From the NCBI GenBank assembly GCA_038526115.1, contig JBCBHD010000001.1, positions 1 to 39,741 of the forward strand: a DNA stretch of 39,741 nucleotides, written 5' to 3'. The stretch is from Pseudomonadota bacterium (GTDB lineage: Bacteria; Pseudomonadota; Alphaproteobacteria; Sphingomonadales; Sphingomonadaceae). The position numbers were made by a program, and so were the translations under genes. The notes under the pieces are model-generated. The model was given only the letters and a program-made list of their open reading frames with translations, made no database searches and was not told the origin of the DNA. This document shows positions 27,184 to 37,079 of the stretch, in pieces; position 1 is the first letter of the stretch; every line of letters begins with the position of its first letter.

Positions 27184-28984
27184 TCTCAACGATACTATTC
27201 ACCGCGTCACGCAGCGGGTGATCGAGAATTCGCGCACCAAGCGCACCGCCTATCTCGAGCTGATGAAGCGCGAAGGCGATCGCAAGCCTGAGCATAAGAA
27301 TATCGCCTGCTCCAATCTCGCGCACGCCTTTGCTGGGGCGCTAGAGGATCAGGACGCGATGAAACGCAAGCGCGGCCCCAATATCGGGATTGTGACCGCG
27401 TATAATGACATGCTTTCGGCTCACCAACCCTATGGCCGCTATCCTGACCGGATGAAGATCTACGCCCGCGAAGTCGGCGCGACCGCGCAAGTTGCAGGCG
27501 GTACACCAGCAATGTGCGACGGCGTCACCCAGGGCGAAGACGGAATGGAGCTTTCACTGCTCAGCCGCGATGTAATCGCCTTATCAACCGGCGTCGCCCT
27601 GTCGCACCAGATGTATGACGGGATTGCGTGCCTTGGTATTTGCGACAAGATCGTACCCGGCCTGCTGATGGGCGCGCTGCGTTTCGGGCATTTGCCAGCC
27701 GTTTTCGTGCCATCAGGCCCGATGCCATCGGGCATTTCGAACAAGCAAAAGCAGGAGACCAGGCAGAAATACGCTGCGGGCGAGATTGGCCGGGATGCTT
27801 TGCTCGAAAGCGAGCTGGGCAGCTACCACTCGCCCGGCACCTGCACTTTTTACGGCACGGCCAATTCCAATCAGATGATGATGGAAATGATGGGCCTGCA
27901 CATTCCAAGCGCGGCCTTTGTCACGCCGGGAACCAAGCTCCGGCAAGAGCTCGATCGCGCGGCGGTGCATCGCCTCGCAGAGTTGAGCGGGACCACCGAA
28001 CGCACTCTGGCGCAGGTTGTCGATGAAAAGGCAATCATCAACGCAGCCATCGGATTGCTGGCAACCGGCGGATCGACCAACCACGCCATCCATATCCCGG
28101 CGATGGCGCGCGCTGCCGGCATCGTGATCGACTGGACAGATATATCCGAGCTTTCCAGTGTCGTACCGCTGCTGGCACGAGTCTATCCCAACGGTTCTGG
28201 GGACGTGAACCAGTTCCACGCCGCGGGCGGCATGGCTTATGTGATCCGCGAACTGCTGGACTCTGGTCTTGCGCATCGCGACATTCTTACCGTGAGCGAA
28301 AGCGGGATGGACGCCTACACATCCGAGCCGGTTCTGAATGATGATCAAGAGCTTGGATGGTCGCCCGTTGGCGAGACCCGCGATGAGGCCATGTTGCAGC
28401 CGGTATCCAAGGCGTTCCAACCCGATGGCGGGATGAAACTGCTGACTGGCAATCTCGGCCGCGCCTGTTTCAAATCATCCGCTGTCGCGAAAGAGCGCTG
28501 GACGGTGGAGGCGCCCTGCCGCGTATTCGAGACGCAGCACGATGTTGTCGCCGCGTTCAAGGCTGGCGAGCTCGACAAGGACATTGTCGTGGTTGTCCGG
28601 TTCCAAGGACCACGTGCGAACGGGATGCCTGAACTTCACGCCCTCACACCATCGCTCGCCGTGCTGCAGGATCGCGGACACAAAGTCGCGCTGGTGACCG
28701 ATGGCCGCATGTCAGGCGCGAGCGGAAAGGTTCCCGCCGCCATCCATTGCACTCCGGAAGCCAAAGGCGGGGGTCCGCTTTCCTTACTGCAAGATGGCGA
28801 TATGGTCCGAGTGTGCGCCGAGACGGGCGAACTTTCGACCAGCGCCGATCTCGCATCGCGTGCGGCTGCGCCAGATCCGCAGCTTGAATGGGGTGTTGGC
28901 CGAGAATTGTTCCGCATGATGCAAACCACCGCCGATGGAGCCGAACAAGGCGCGTCAGCGATGCTGGCGAGCGCGGGGCTTTAG
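27176..28984 (+). CDS. edd: Phosphogluconate dehydratase
   Basis: [53 protein letters not shown]. Confidence 0.97.
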   Translation: MSDLNDTIHRVTQRVIENSRTKRTAYLELMKREGDRKPEHKNIACSNLAHAFAGALEDQDAMKRKRGPNIGIVTAYNDMLSAHQPYGRYPDRMKIYAREVGATAQVAGGTPAMCDGVTQGEDGMELSLLSRDVIALSTGVALSHQMYDGIACLGICDKIVPGLLMGALRFGHLPAVFVPSGPMPSGISNKQKQETRQKYAAGEIGRDALLESELGSYHSPGTCTFYGTANSNQMMMEMMGLHIPSAAFVTPGTKLRQELDRAAVHRLAELSGTTERTLAQVVDEKAIINAAIGLLATGGSTNHAIHIPAMARAAGIVIDWTDISELSSVVPLLARVYPNGSGDVNQFHAAGGMAYVIRELLDSGLAHRDILTVSESGMDAYTSEPVLNDDQELGWSPVGETRDEAMLQPVSKAFQPDGGMKLLTGNLGRACFKSSAVAKERWTVEAPCRVFETQHDVVAAFKAGELDKDIVVVVRFQGPRANGMPELHALTPSLAVLQDRGHKVALVTDGRMSGASGKVPAAIHCTPEAKGGGPLSLLQDGDMVRVCAETGELSTSADLASRAAAPDPQLEWGVGRELFRMMQTTADGAEQGASAMLASAGL

Positions 28985-28988
28985 AAGC

Positions 28989-29972
28989 ATGAGCGATTCG
29001 ACCGACATAGTCGCCGTCGATATCGGCGGAACCCATGCACGCTTTGCCATCGCGACAATTGGCGATGACGGCGCAATAGAACTCGGTGAACCGACCACGC
29101 TCCACACCGAGGACCACGCCAGCTTCCAGACAGCTTGGGAAGACTACCAACAGCGGATGGGTGGCAGCCTGCCGGGAGCGGTATCGATGGCGGTCGCAGG
29201 TCCGATTAAGCAGGACATAATTCGCTTCACCAACAACCCCTGGATCATTCGGCCACCACTGATCGAGGAAAAGCTCGGCTGCGCTCGGTTCACGATCGTG
29301 AATGATTTCGCCGCTGTCGCGCATGCCGCATCTCGTGCACCCGCCGAACAATTCCTGCATCTTGCTGGACCTGACATGGAATTGCCCGCGACTGGCACAA
29401 TTAGCGTGCTTGGCCCGGGGACCGGCCTTGGTGTCGCGCATTTCTGGCGCGGTCCAAACGGCGCATCGCACGTGCAAGCCACAGAAGGCGGTCACGGCGA
29501 TTTCGCTCCGGTTGACGCGATTGAAGACGCTATCCTAGCCCGCTTGCGAAAGCGCCACACCCGCGTATCGGACGAACGGATCGTTTCGGGACCAGCGATA
29601 GTCGATATCTATCACACGCTCGCCGCCATAGAGGGCCGCGCGGTCAAGGAACTTGATGATATCGAGATCTGGACCGCCGGTATTGAAGGCGCAGACAGCC
29701 TTGCTTCTGCTGCTGTGGACCGGTTCTGCCTCGCTCTCGGATCTGTGGCAGGCGATATCGCGTTAATTCAGGGGGCGAGCGGCGTGGTGATTGCAGGCGG
29801 GCTCGGCTATCGCATTCGCGAAACCCTTTTAGCCTCCGGCTTCGCTTCGCGCTTCGCTGCCAAGGGCCGGTTCGCAGGAATGATGGCGGGCCTGCCTGTC
29901 AAACTCATAGTCCATCCACAGCCGGGCCTTTATGGCGCAGCGGCTGCTTTCGCACAGGAACATTGCGCATGA
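28989..29972 (+). CDS. glk: Glucokinase
   Basis: VDIGGTHARFA, FTNNPW, NDFAA, GPGTGLG, TEGGH. Confidence 0.95.
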   Translation: MSDSTDIVAVDIGGTHARFAIATIGDDGAIELGEPTTLHTEDHASFQTAWEDYQQRMGGSLPGAVSMAVAGPIKQDIIRFTNNPWIIRPPLIEEKLGCARFTIVNDFAAVAHAASRAPAEQFLHLAGPDMELPATGTISVLGPGTGLGVAHFWRGPNGASHVQATEGGHGDFAPVDAIEDAILARLRKRHTRVSDERIVSGPAIVDIYHTLAAIEGRAVKELDDIEIWTAGIEGADSLASAAVDRFCLALGSVAGDIALIQGASGVVIAGGLGYRIRETLLASGFASRFAAKGRFAGMMAGLPVKLIVHPQPGLYGAAAAFAQEHCA

Positions 29973-32761
29973 CCGAGACAATGAAGCTGGACACCGTTCC
30001 GGACCTGCTCGAACGTTTAAAAGATCTGCACGCCCGCACCCGCGAAACGCCGCTGTTCAATCCGGTGTTTCAGCTTGGCCTTGAGATTTCGCGTGCGCTT
30101 GAAAGCGGCGCAATGGAGCTTGGCGCAATCGAAGCGCTGGTCGAAGAGCTGGAATGCGCCAGTTTGCAGGCCCGTGCGACACGATTGCAGCGCAACCTGT
30201 CTCCTGTCACTCTCGATGAAAACAAGGCTGAATTGCGCGAAGCGATGGCGGCAACGGGCGATTTCGATGCCTTCAAAGCGCATTGGGAAACACCATTTCT
30301 CCACGCAGTATTCACCGCACATCCGACCTTTCTGCTGACGCCGAACCAAACGGCTGCAGTGGCGCGAGCAGCCAGCAGCAGCGACGCTGTTGACCGCTCG
30401 GTTTGCAGCACAGGTGGTGAACGCCCTGCAGTCACGCTCGACTTTGAGCATGGTGAAGTGGTGAATGCGCTAGCCAACGCGCAGGATGCCCGGTCAAAGA
30501 TCGTGCAGGAAATGCTTGAGCACGCCTCGCGGCAATTCCCTGATAACTGGCAGGAACTATCACTGACGCCATTCCGATTTGCCAGCTGGGTTGGCTATGA
30601 CATGGACGGCCGGACAGATATCAAATGGTACACATCCATCCGCTTTCGACTGTCAGAAAAGGCACAACGGCTTGCGCGCTATGCGACTGAACTTGAAGCG
30701 ATAAATCCTGCACATCCATTGCTTCAGCGGCTCCACTTTGCGTCAGATCATGCCGCATCAAGCGCAAAGGATTTTGCCGAAGACTTGTCCACGCCGCAGG
30801 ATCTTTCCGAAGCAGCCAATCGCTTGACCGCCGATGATCCGGCCAAGCTCACTTCACTGGCACCGCTGATCGAGCAACTCGAAGCGGAAGCCCGCAGCTC
30901 AAGCACTGAAATGGCGATACAGCTCAAAACCCTCGCCGCCGGAATGCGGGCTGACGGGCTGGGCATGGGCCACATCCATTTCCGCGTAAACGCCAAGCAA
31001 TTGCACAACGCGATCCGCAGCAGGCTTAAGGATCCCACAACGCTCGATCTCGCCAGCAAAGGCGCGATGTCGACCCTGCGGCAGATGCTGGAAGAGGTGC
31101 AGCCGCTGCGGACCAATTTTGCCAGCCTTGCAATCGAAAGTTCGACCGCGATCCGGCAATTCCTCGCAATGGCGCAGATCCTAGAACATATCGACGCCGA
31201 CACGCCGATCCGCATGCTAATCGCCGAGTGCGAGCAGCCTTCCACCATCCTTGCATCGCTGTATTTCGCCAAACTGTTCGGCATCGAAGACCGCGTCGAT
31301 GTGTCACCATTGTTCGAAACCGAAAGCGCACTGGAGCATGGCGGGCGTTTCCTCGACGCGTTGTGCATGGAAGATCAGTATCGCGACTATGTAAGACTGC
31401 GCGGACGGGCCTGCATCCAAACCGGTTTCTCGGACGCCGGACGATTTGTGGGACAAATTCCGGCCAGCCTTGCGATTGAACGCCTGCAGGGGCGCTTCGC
31501 GCAGGCTCTGGCCAAGAACCAGCTTTCCGATGTCGCCGCGCTGATCTTTAATACCCACGGGGAAAGCATGGGGCGCGGCGCACATCCCGGCGGGTTCGGC
31601 GACCGTCTGACATGGCCGATGAGCGAATGGGCGCGCAGTCGCTTTGCCCGCAACGGGATAGCGCTCGAACCCGAAGTCAGCTTTCAGGGCGGCGATGGCT
31701 ATCTCCATTTCGCCACGCCGGAACTGGCAAGAGCCACGCTGACCCGAATAATCTGCGAAGAGCCGCCGCGTTCTGAAGTGTGCGCCGATCCTCTGTATGA
31801 ACGGACCGACATCAGCCTCGATTTCTATCGTGCGATCCGCGCTCATCAACGCCAGCATCTGCGCAGCGCAACGTATTCGAGGGCAGTTACCGCATTCGGG
31901 CTGGGCTTGCTCAATTCGACTGGAAGCCGCGTTTCGCGCCGACAATCAGACCTGTCTGCAGATCGCGATATGAACTTGCGACAGATCCGCGCAATTCCCC
32001 ACAACTCGATCCTGCAACAGCTCGGCTATCCGGTGAATGTCATTGCCGGTATCGGAAGCGCGGCGGATGGCAACTATGAAGAGCTCGCTGCACTGATTGA
32101 GGAAAGCCCAAGAGGCCAGCAGTTGATCAAGCTCGCTCGCGCATCGAATGCACTTGCGAGCATCAAGACTGTGGCTGCTCACGGCGAATTGTTCAACTCC
32201 GCCTATTGGGCCAGCCGCCCCTATCGCGGAACCGAGCCTCACCTTTCCAATGCGTGTGAGACGCTGGCGGAGTACCTGACCAAAGATGATCGAACCGGCG
32301 TGTTCCGTCGCTTGGCTTCGCGTTTGCGGGTGGACGCGTTGAAATTCCACCGGCTGCTCGACCTGCTGCCAGCAGAAGAACCGGACGAAACCCGCGAAAG
32401 AACAAGACGGATGATCGGCGCGGCGCAAGCCCTGCGTTTGGCTCTGATGCAGCACATCTTCTTAAAAGCGGTTTCGGTGCCGGTGTTCAGCCGGGCGAAC
32501 GATATCAGCCGCGAAGATGTTCTGGAGATGGTGTTTTCCCTGCGAATTGACGATGCGCTTTCGCAGATGCGCCGTGCTTTCCCGACGCACTTCCCTTCCG
32601 CGCAGGATTTCGCGCTCGATGCAGCAGCGGACTATCCGGACAGCGGGACAGAGGGATACGCCAAGATCGGCAGCGACCTTATCGACCCGATTGAGCGCGC
32701 ACATGCGCTGTCATTGCGGATCGGCACGACCATCGCCAACCATTTTGGCGCGCATGGCTAA
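29969..32761 (+). CDS. ppc: Phosphoenolpyruvate carboxylase (divergent type)
   Basis: VFTAHPT, SWVGYDMDGR, PLFET, GFSDAGR, GESMGRG, QIRAIP. ATGA overlap with glk. Confidence 0.85.
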   Translation: MTETMKLDTVPDLLERLKDLHARTRETPLFNPVFQLGLEISRALESGAMELGAIEALVEELECASLQARATRLQRNLSPVTLDENKAELREAMAATGDFDAFKAHWETPFLHAVFTAHPTFLLTPNQTAAVARAASSSDAVDRSVCSTGGERPAVTLDFEHGEVVNALANAQDARSKIVQEMLEHASRQFPDNWQELSLTPFRFASWVGYDMDGRTDIKWYTSIRFRLSEKAQRLARYATELEAINPAHPLLQRLHFASDHAASSAKDFAEDLSTPQDLSEAANRLTADDPAKLTSLAPLIEQLEAEARSSSTEMAIQLKTLAAGMRADGLGMGHIHFRVNAKQLHNAIRSRLKDPTTLDLASKGAMSTLRQMLEEVQPLRTNFASLAIESSTAIRQFLAMAQILEHIDADTPIRMLIAECEQPSTILASLYFAKLFGIEDRVDVSPLFETESALEHGGRFLDALCMEDQYRDYVRLRGRACIQTGFSDAGRFVGQIPASLAIERLQGRFAQALAKNQLSDVAALIFNTHGESMGRGAHPGGFGDRLTWPMSEWARSRFARNGIALEPEVSFQGGDGYLHFATPELARATLTRIICEEPPRSEVCADPLYERTDISLDFYRAIRAHQRQHLRSATYSRAVTAFGLGLLNSTGSRVSRRQSDLSADRDMNLRQIRAIPHNSILQQLGYPVNVIAGIGSAADGNYEELAALIEESPRGQQLIKLARASNALASIKTVAAHGELFNSAYWASRPYRGTEPHLSNACETLAEYLTKDDRTGVFRRLASRLRVDALKFHRLLDLLPAEEPDETRERTRRMIGAAQALRLALMQHIFLKAVSVPVFSRANDISREDVLEMVFSLRIDDALSQMRRAFPTHFPSAQDFALDAAADYPDSGTEGYAKIGSDLIDPIERAHALSLRIGTTIANHFGAHG

Positions 32762-32929
32762 GGTTCCTACAAGCTGCTGAGACTTTGGCGAAAGTCGCCT
32801 GCCTAAGCTCAACAAACGGCAGTGTAACAAAGCTTTACGTTAACGAATTGCCCTGCCCTCCGTCCCTTGGAGGGACGCGGCTTCGTTAGCCTCTGGCGAT
32901 AACGCGCCTAACAAGGCATAATAGTACGC

Positions 32930-33835
32930 ATGACAAAGGGACTCAAACCGATCCACATCGCCGCGGCCGCCGCAATTGCTGCAATGACCGGCGGCGCGAC
33001 TATTGCCATCGGACAATCTTCAGCTGGTGATGCCGCTGATGCTGCCGAGCAAGTTGCGAGCGAAGCCGAAGATGCCATTCGCTCGATTGATCCGACCACA
33101 GGCGGTGAGTCGCTGGTGGTCGATCCGAGCCTGCCGACACCATACGGTCCGGAAGTTGAAGCTGGCGCTTCGCCTGAACCATTCGAGCCGGGCCTTCCAC
33201 CGCTGGCAGATGCGCCTGCCACAGGATCTGAAGCCGCCGCCGAAGAGGCCGCGCCGCGCGGGCCAGCCGCGAGGATGATTTCAGAACCGCAGGTGCAAGC
33301 TCTGCCAAAGCCTCAGCCGAGCACCCGTGTTCCTGCTCAATCGCGCCAAGCGGCCAAGAAGAAAAGCAACGATCCCTTCGTGGTGAAGAGCATTCTCCCT
33401 GTGGCTGGCACGATCAAGTATGGCGAGTGGTTCTGGGATGAGTCCCGCGCTCCGAAAACCGGGAAACTCGTGATTACCGTTGATTTGGAAGCCCGTGTCA
33501 TAAGTGCGTTCCGCGATGGGCATGAGATTGGCACCGCCGTGGCTCTGCTCGGCACACGCAGCCATCCGACTCCAATCGGCACTTTCCCGATCCTGACTAA
33601 GGAAAAGGACAATGTCTCGGAGAAGTACAACAACGCTCCAATGCCTTGGACGTTGCGCCTGACATGGGATGGCATTGCGATCCATGGTTCGCCCGTTATC
33701 AATGGCTATGCCAGCCATGGTTGTGTGGGTGTGCCAGATCCTTTTGCTGAAAAGCTATTTGCTGCTGCCAAGCGCGGCGATCGGGTCGTTATAACCCGTG
33801 GCAAAATGATCAGCGTAGGCGACAAGATCAGCTAG
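32930..33835 (+). CDS. L,D-transpeptidase (YkuD domain)
   Basis: HPTPIGTF, APMPW, AIHG...SHGCV catalytic motif. N-terminal signal/anchor followed by a Pro/Ala-rich linker. Confidence 0.92.
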   Translation: MTKGLKPIHIAAAAAIAAMTGGATIAIGQSSAGDAADAAEQVASEAEDAIRSIDPTTGGESLVVDPSLPTPYGPEVEAGASPEPFEPGLPPLADAPATGSEAAAEEAAPRGPAARMISEPQVQALPKPQPSTRVPAQSRQAAKKKSNDPFVVKSILPVAGTIKYGEWFWDESRAPKTGKLVITVDLEARVISAFRDGHEIGTAVALLGTRSHPTPIGTFPILTKEKDNVSEKYNNAPMPWTLRLTWDGIAIHGSPVINGYASHGCVGVPDPFAEKLFAAAKRGDRVVITRGKMISVGDKIS

Positions 33836-33857
33836 TATAGGAGCCCGATCTCCGCTT

Positions 33858-34853
33858 TCAGTGGCGGGTTCGAGGGGGCTCGGGTGTGAAGGTCCACACA
33901 CGCATTGTTACGCCTGTTCGCTTGATCCGCTCAGTGCCCGGCACGATCAGCACTCCGCTGAGTGACGCGTTCTCGCCGCGCCAAAGCCGATTATATGCTC
34001 GGCCCGCTTCGCTTCGGCTGGCTACGCCGCCTAGATCACCAATGATACGATTGATGGTCTCAATTGCGACGATGCGAGGGACGTTCACAAAATAGCGGAA
34101 CTGATGCGTGTCATCGCGATGGACCATCTCTTCCCAGTCGATTTGAGCGTACCATTCGATCGCCCGCCAAGCCTCCGCTAGATATTCAGCACTCAGCGAA
34201 AGCGCTTCGGCATCAAGCCATGGATTTTTCGCGAGGTGTTCACGCACGCGCACACGGTCAAAGGTGCTATCCGCATTGGAAGGATCACGCACAGGCGCGA
34301 TGTTCGCATCCGCGACAATCTGTTCAAGGTCAGACTTGGTCCAGTCCAGCAACGGCCTCAATAAGGGCGTTGCTCCTTCGCCGAGCTCACTGGCAGCGCG
34401 TACTCCCGCCAAACCAGAAAGACCGCTGCCTCTGGCGAGCCGCATCAACAAGGTTTCCGCCTGATCATTAGCGTGATGCGCTGTTGCCAACGCACCGAGG
34501 CCGCTTGCATCCACCCATTTCACCAAAGCATTGTACCGTGCCTCTCGCGCCTTTGCCTGAAGATTGCCGGCGGCGACTTTCACCGAGATTGGCAAAAAAG
34601 GGATGTCCCGTTCTTCGCATAGGCGTTCGACCAACGCGACTTCGTCTGCTGCCTCAGATCGTAATCCGTGGTTGATGCTCGCCACGGCAATTTCGCCCGG
34701 CAACGCCTCATGAGCCAGCAACAGCAAAGCTATGCTATCCGGGCCACCCGACACAGCTAGGCCGAGTGGCCCCGTGCGCTCGTCGGTCGGCCACAGAAGC
34801 TCAAGCCGCTCAGCAAAACGACGCGTTAGGTCGGGATCGACTTGGCTATCAAT
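33858..34853 (-). CDS. tilS: tRNA(Ile)-lysidine synthetase; start codon uncertain (ATT at 34853 proposed)
   Basis: LGLAVSGGPDS, NHGLR, AREARY, TAHHANDQAETLLMRLARGSG, DPSN...RVRVR. The frame is open up to 34883 with no ATG/GTG/TTG before the PP-loop. Confidence 0.9.
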   Translation of the reverse strand: MDSQVDPDLTRRFAERLELLWPTDERTGPLGLAVSGGPDSIALLLLAHEALPGEIAVASINHGLRSEAADEVALVERLCEERDIPFLPISVKVAAGNLQAKAREARYNALVKWVDASGLGALATAHHANDQAETLLMRLARGSGLSGLAGVRAASELGEGATPLLRPLLDWTKSDLEQIVADANIAPVRDPSNADSTFDRVRVREHLAKNPWLDAEALSLSAEYLAEAWRAIEWYAQIDWEEMVHRDDTHQFRYFVNVPRIVAIETINRIIGDLGGVASRSEAGRAYNRLWRGENASLSGVLIVPGTERIKRTGVTMRVWTFTPEPPRTRH

Positions 34854-34883
34854 GAGCGCCCCCTGCGTACGAAGCCTTCGCGT

Positions 34884-35858
34884 TTATCCGCAGGTTACCT
34901 TACCACGACTGGATTCGTACTTGGCAGAAAGCCTGCCGCTCGCAACAGCAGGATAGGTTTCCCCGAATTCTGCAAGAGCGATGCAGGCGCGATTTGTGTC
35001 TTCGAGCGCGATCATCGCCTCGGCAAGGTAAAGCAAACTATCTGGTGCACGAGCGGAGGTGCGATCGGCCTGATAGTTCCGCAGAAACCACCGCGCTGCA
35101 TCCTCTGCCATACCATCATCCAGGAACGCCCGGCCCAACAGGTTGCGCCCATAAGTAGTGCGCCAGTGAGAGGGGTACTTCTCAACAAAGTCGGACAATT
35201 GCTGGCGCGCTTCCGGATAGAAGCCAGCATTCCAGAGGCGGAAGCCATAGGAATATTCATCGTCACCGGCATCATCGCTTTGCGGCTTTGTGATGGCCTG
35301 AACGGCGGCCAACCGCTCAGCCGTCGGCCCAGCCACGGGTTCTGACGAAGTGGTGGTTTCGATCTGCCGCGATGCTCCCGCTGTCGATGCCGAAGATGCA
35401 CCCCCGGTCATCACAGACAAATTGGAGTCAGTTGTGTTTTCGGCATCGGTGGCCGCAATTTGCGGAGTGCCTTGCCCAGCCTCCAAGGCTGCCAGGCGAG
35501 TATCGAATTGGGAGAGCGAGTTCGTGTTTTCCTCGGATATCGAGGTGAGACGCTGCAATTGCAGTTCAATTGCATCTAGCCGGGCGAGAATATCAGTCAC
35601 AGCCGTTGTGGATGTGGTTGGCCGTGCTGCAGTTGAACCGGTTGTCTCGCTACCAGAAATCTGCGGTTCGAAGAAGCGACCATCACCACCAGGAAACACG
35701 TTGCGCTGCAAGGCGCGGATTTCCGCTTCAATCTTGCGGAGTCTGGCTTCGGATCCTTCGTCCTGCGCCAGTGCAGGAACTGGGCTGGTCGCCAAAGTCG
35801 CCGCCCCCAAAGTGACTGCAATCAGACGGGTCGCGGTTTTTGCGGTGAGGTTTTTCAT
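34884..35858 (-). CDS. CpoB/YbgF-like periplasmic coiled-coil + TPR protein
   Basis: Signal peptide, coiled coil RLDAIELQLQRLT...EE, TPR YSYGFRLW...LLGRAFL...APDSLLYLA...ACIAL. Its position upstream of tilS is typical. Confidence 0.8.
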   Translation of the reverse strand: MKNLTAKTATRLIAVTLGAATLATSPVPALAQDEGSEARLRKIEAEIRALQRNVFPGGDGRFFEPQISGSETTGSTAARPTTSTTAVTDILARLDAIELQLQRLTSISEENTNSLSQFDTRLAALEAGQGTPQIAATDAENTTDSNLSVMTGGASSASTAGASRQIETTTSSEPVAGPTAERLAAVQAITKPQSDDAGDDEYSYGFRLWNAGFYPEARQQLSDFVEKYPSHWRTTYGRNLLGRAFLDDGMAEDAARWFLRNYQADRTSARAPDSLLYLAEAMIALEDTNRACIALAEFGETYPAVASGRLSAKYESSRGKVTCG

Positions 35859-36057
35859 ATCTCGTCGGGCTCCCTCTGTGGCATCAACGGCCGAACGGCG
35901 AGTGCGGGTTCACGGCCTCAAAATGCCGATCGCAGCCGAACTGGCCGATCTTTCATGCTGCTAAGCGCATGAACATCGCCCAAATCTGTGACGGTTGGCG
36001 GCACCCAAGTCGAGACCGGGATGCATCTTATACGCAGCAGAAAGTGTTAAACCGTGT

Positions 36058-36891
36058 TCAGTTCGGTGCAGGAAGAGCGCTGCTTGGCACATCAGCCCGC
36101 GCCAGCAATGCCGCGGCAGAGATGGGCGTATCGCCAAGAGTGATCGGTTCTTCGGATAGCTTCGGCACTGATTGGCCATCAATCGTGATAGCAAAAGCAT
36201 CGGGTCGACCGGTGTTAATCCGCGGTTCCAGAGCATCGGTTGGCAGCTCGTAGCTCTCACCACTGGTCATCTGCTTTTCGAGCAAACGCTCTCCGCCATC
36301 TTCGTAGAAACGAACCCAAATGCCGTCTTCCAGCGCGGTGAATACAACTTGCCCAGCTGAATTGGCAGCGATTTCCGTTTGTCCATTAGCGCCAGCTTCG
36401 GAAGCCAGCTCTCCTTCAGACGTCTCGTTCTGATCGCTTTGAGCGATCAGTGAGCCAGGCCCACTGCCAGCTCCAAAATACGTACTGACAAACGTCACTA
36501 CGCCAACCGCGAGGAGCAAAGCCGCGAATGCCCCGAACCACGCCAACCCTGCAGACGGCAATTTTGCTGAGTCACCCGGTTCCATACCCGCTGCAAGTAC
36601 TGCGTTATGCGATTGCATATCGGCCAATTCGCTTCGCACTTCGTCGGCGATTTCAGCATCATCCAACCCGACTTCTCGCGCATAGCTGCGCGCAAATCCG
36701 ATCGCATAAGTGCGCGATGGCAGCGAATCGAAATCGCCTGCCTCGATTGATTGCAGATGGCGGACAGGAATTCTTGTCTGAGCAGTGATGTGCTCAAGAT
36801 CGACCTTCATGGCCTCGCGCGCAGCACGCAGTCTGTCACCTGCCCCCATCAGAGGCAGTTCTTGTACTGCACTGTCTTGTTCGTCGCTCAT
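36058..36891 (-). CDS. rodZ: RodZ-like protein (HTH, TM, DUF4115)
   Basis: GDRLRAARE...TRIPVRHLQSIEAG...YAIGFARSYA, a single TM helix and a C-terminal WVRF domain. Confidence 0.8.
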   Translation of the reverse strand: MSDEQDSAVQELPLMGAGDRLRAAREAMKVDLEHITAQTRIPVRHLQSIEAGDFDSLPSRTYAIGFARSYAREVGLDDAEIADEVRSELADMQSHNAVLAAGMEPGDSAKLPSAGLAWFGAFAALLLAVGVVTFVSTYFGAGSGPGSLIAQSDQNETSEGELASEAGANGQTEIAANSAGQVVFTALEDGIWVRFYEDGGERLLEKQMTSGESYELPTDALEPRINTGRPDAFAITIDGQSVPKLSEEPITLGDTPISAAALLARADVPSSALPAPN

Positions 36892-37079
36892 GACCCAGCC
36901 CACGTTTTGTTGTGGTTGTCTGTATATGTACGCACAAAATCGCTACTTGTGCCTGCTGTCAACGATTCGCTGAAATTCTAAGGCAATTGATCAGTTGAAC
37001 CGCGCTACAGCACAGTTGATCTGGGTAATTGGGTTGGTGCGATACTGGTGCGGGGCCAGCCGAAACCTCCAGATGGAAA

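Noticed and set aside
25831-27189. 452-aa antisense ORF over zwf (similarly 3430-4452 over LanB and 38439-39527 over ptsP)
   Set aside because: Typical long antisense frames produced by GC-biased codon usage in conserved genes; no independent motifs.
32824-32877. CtrA-like site and a 7-bp hairpin upstream of the L,D-transpeptidase
   Set aside because: GTAA-N7-TTAC deviates from TTAA-N7-TTAA in both halves, and the hairpin has no U-tract. Too weak to call.
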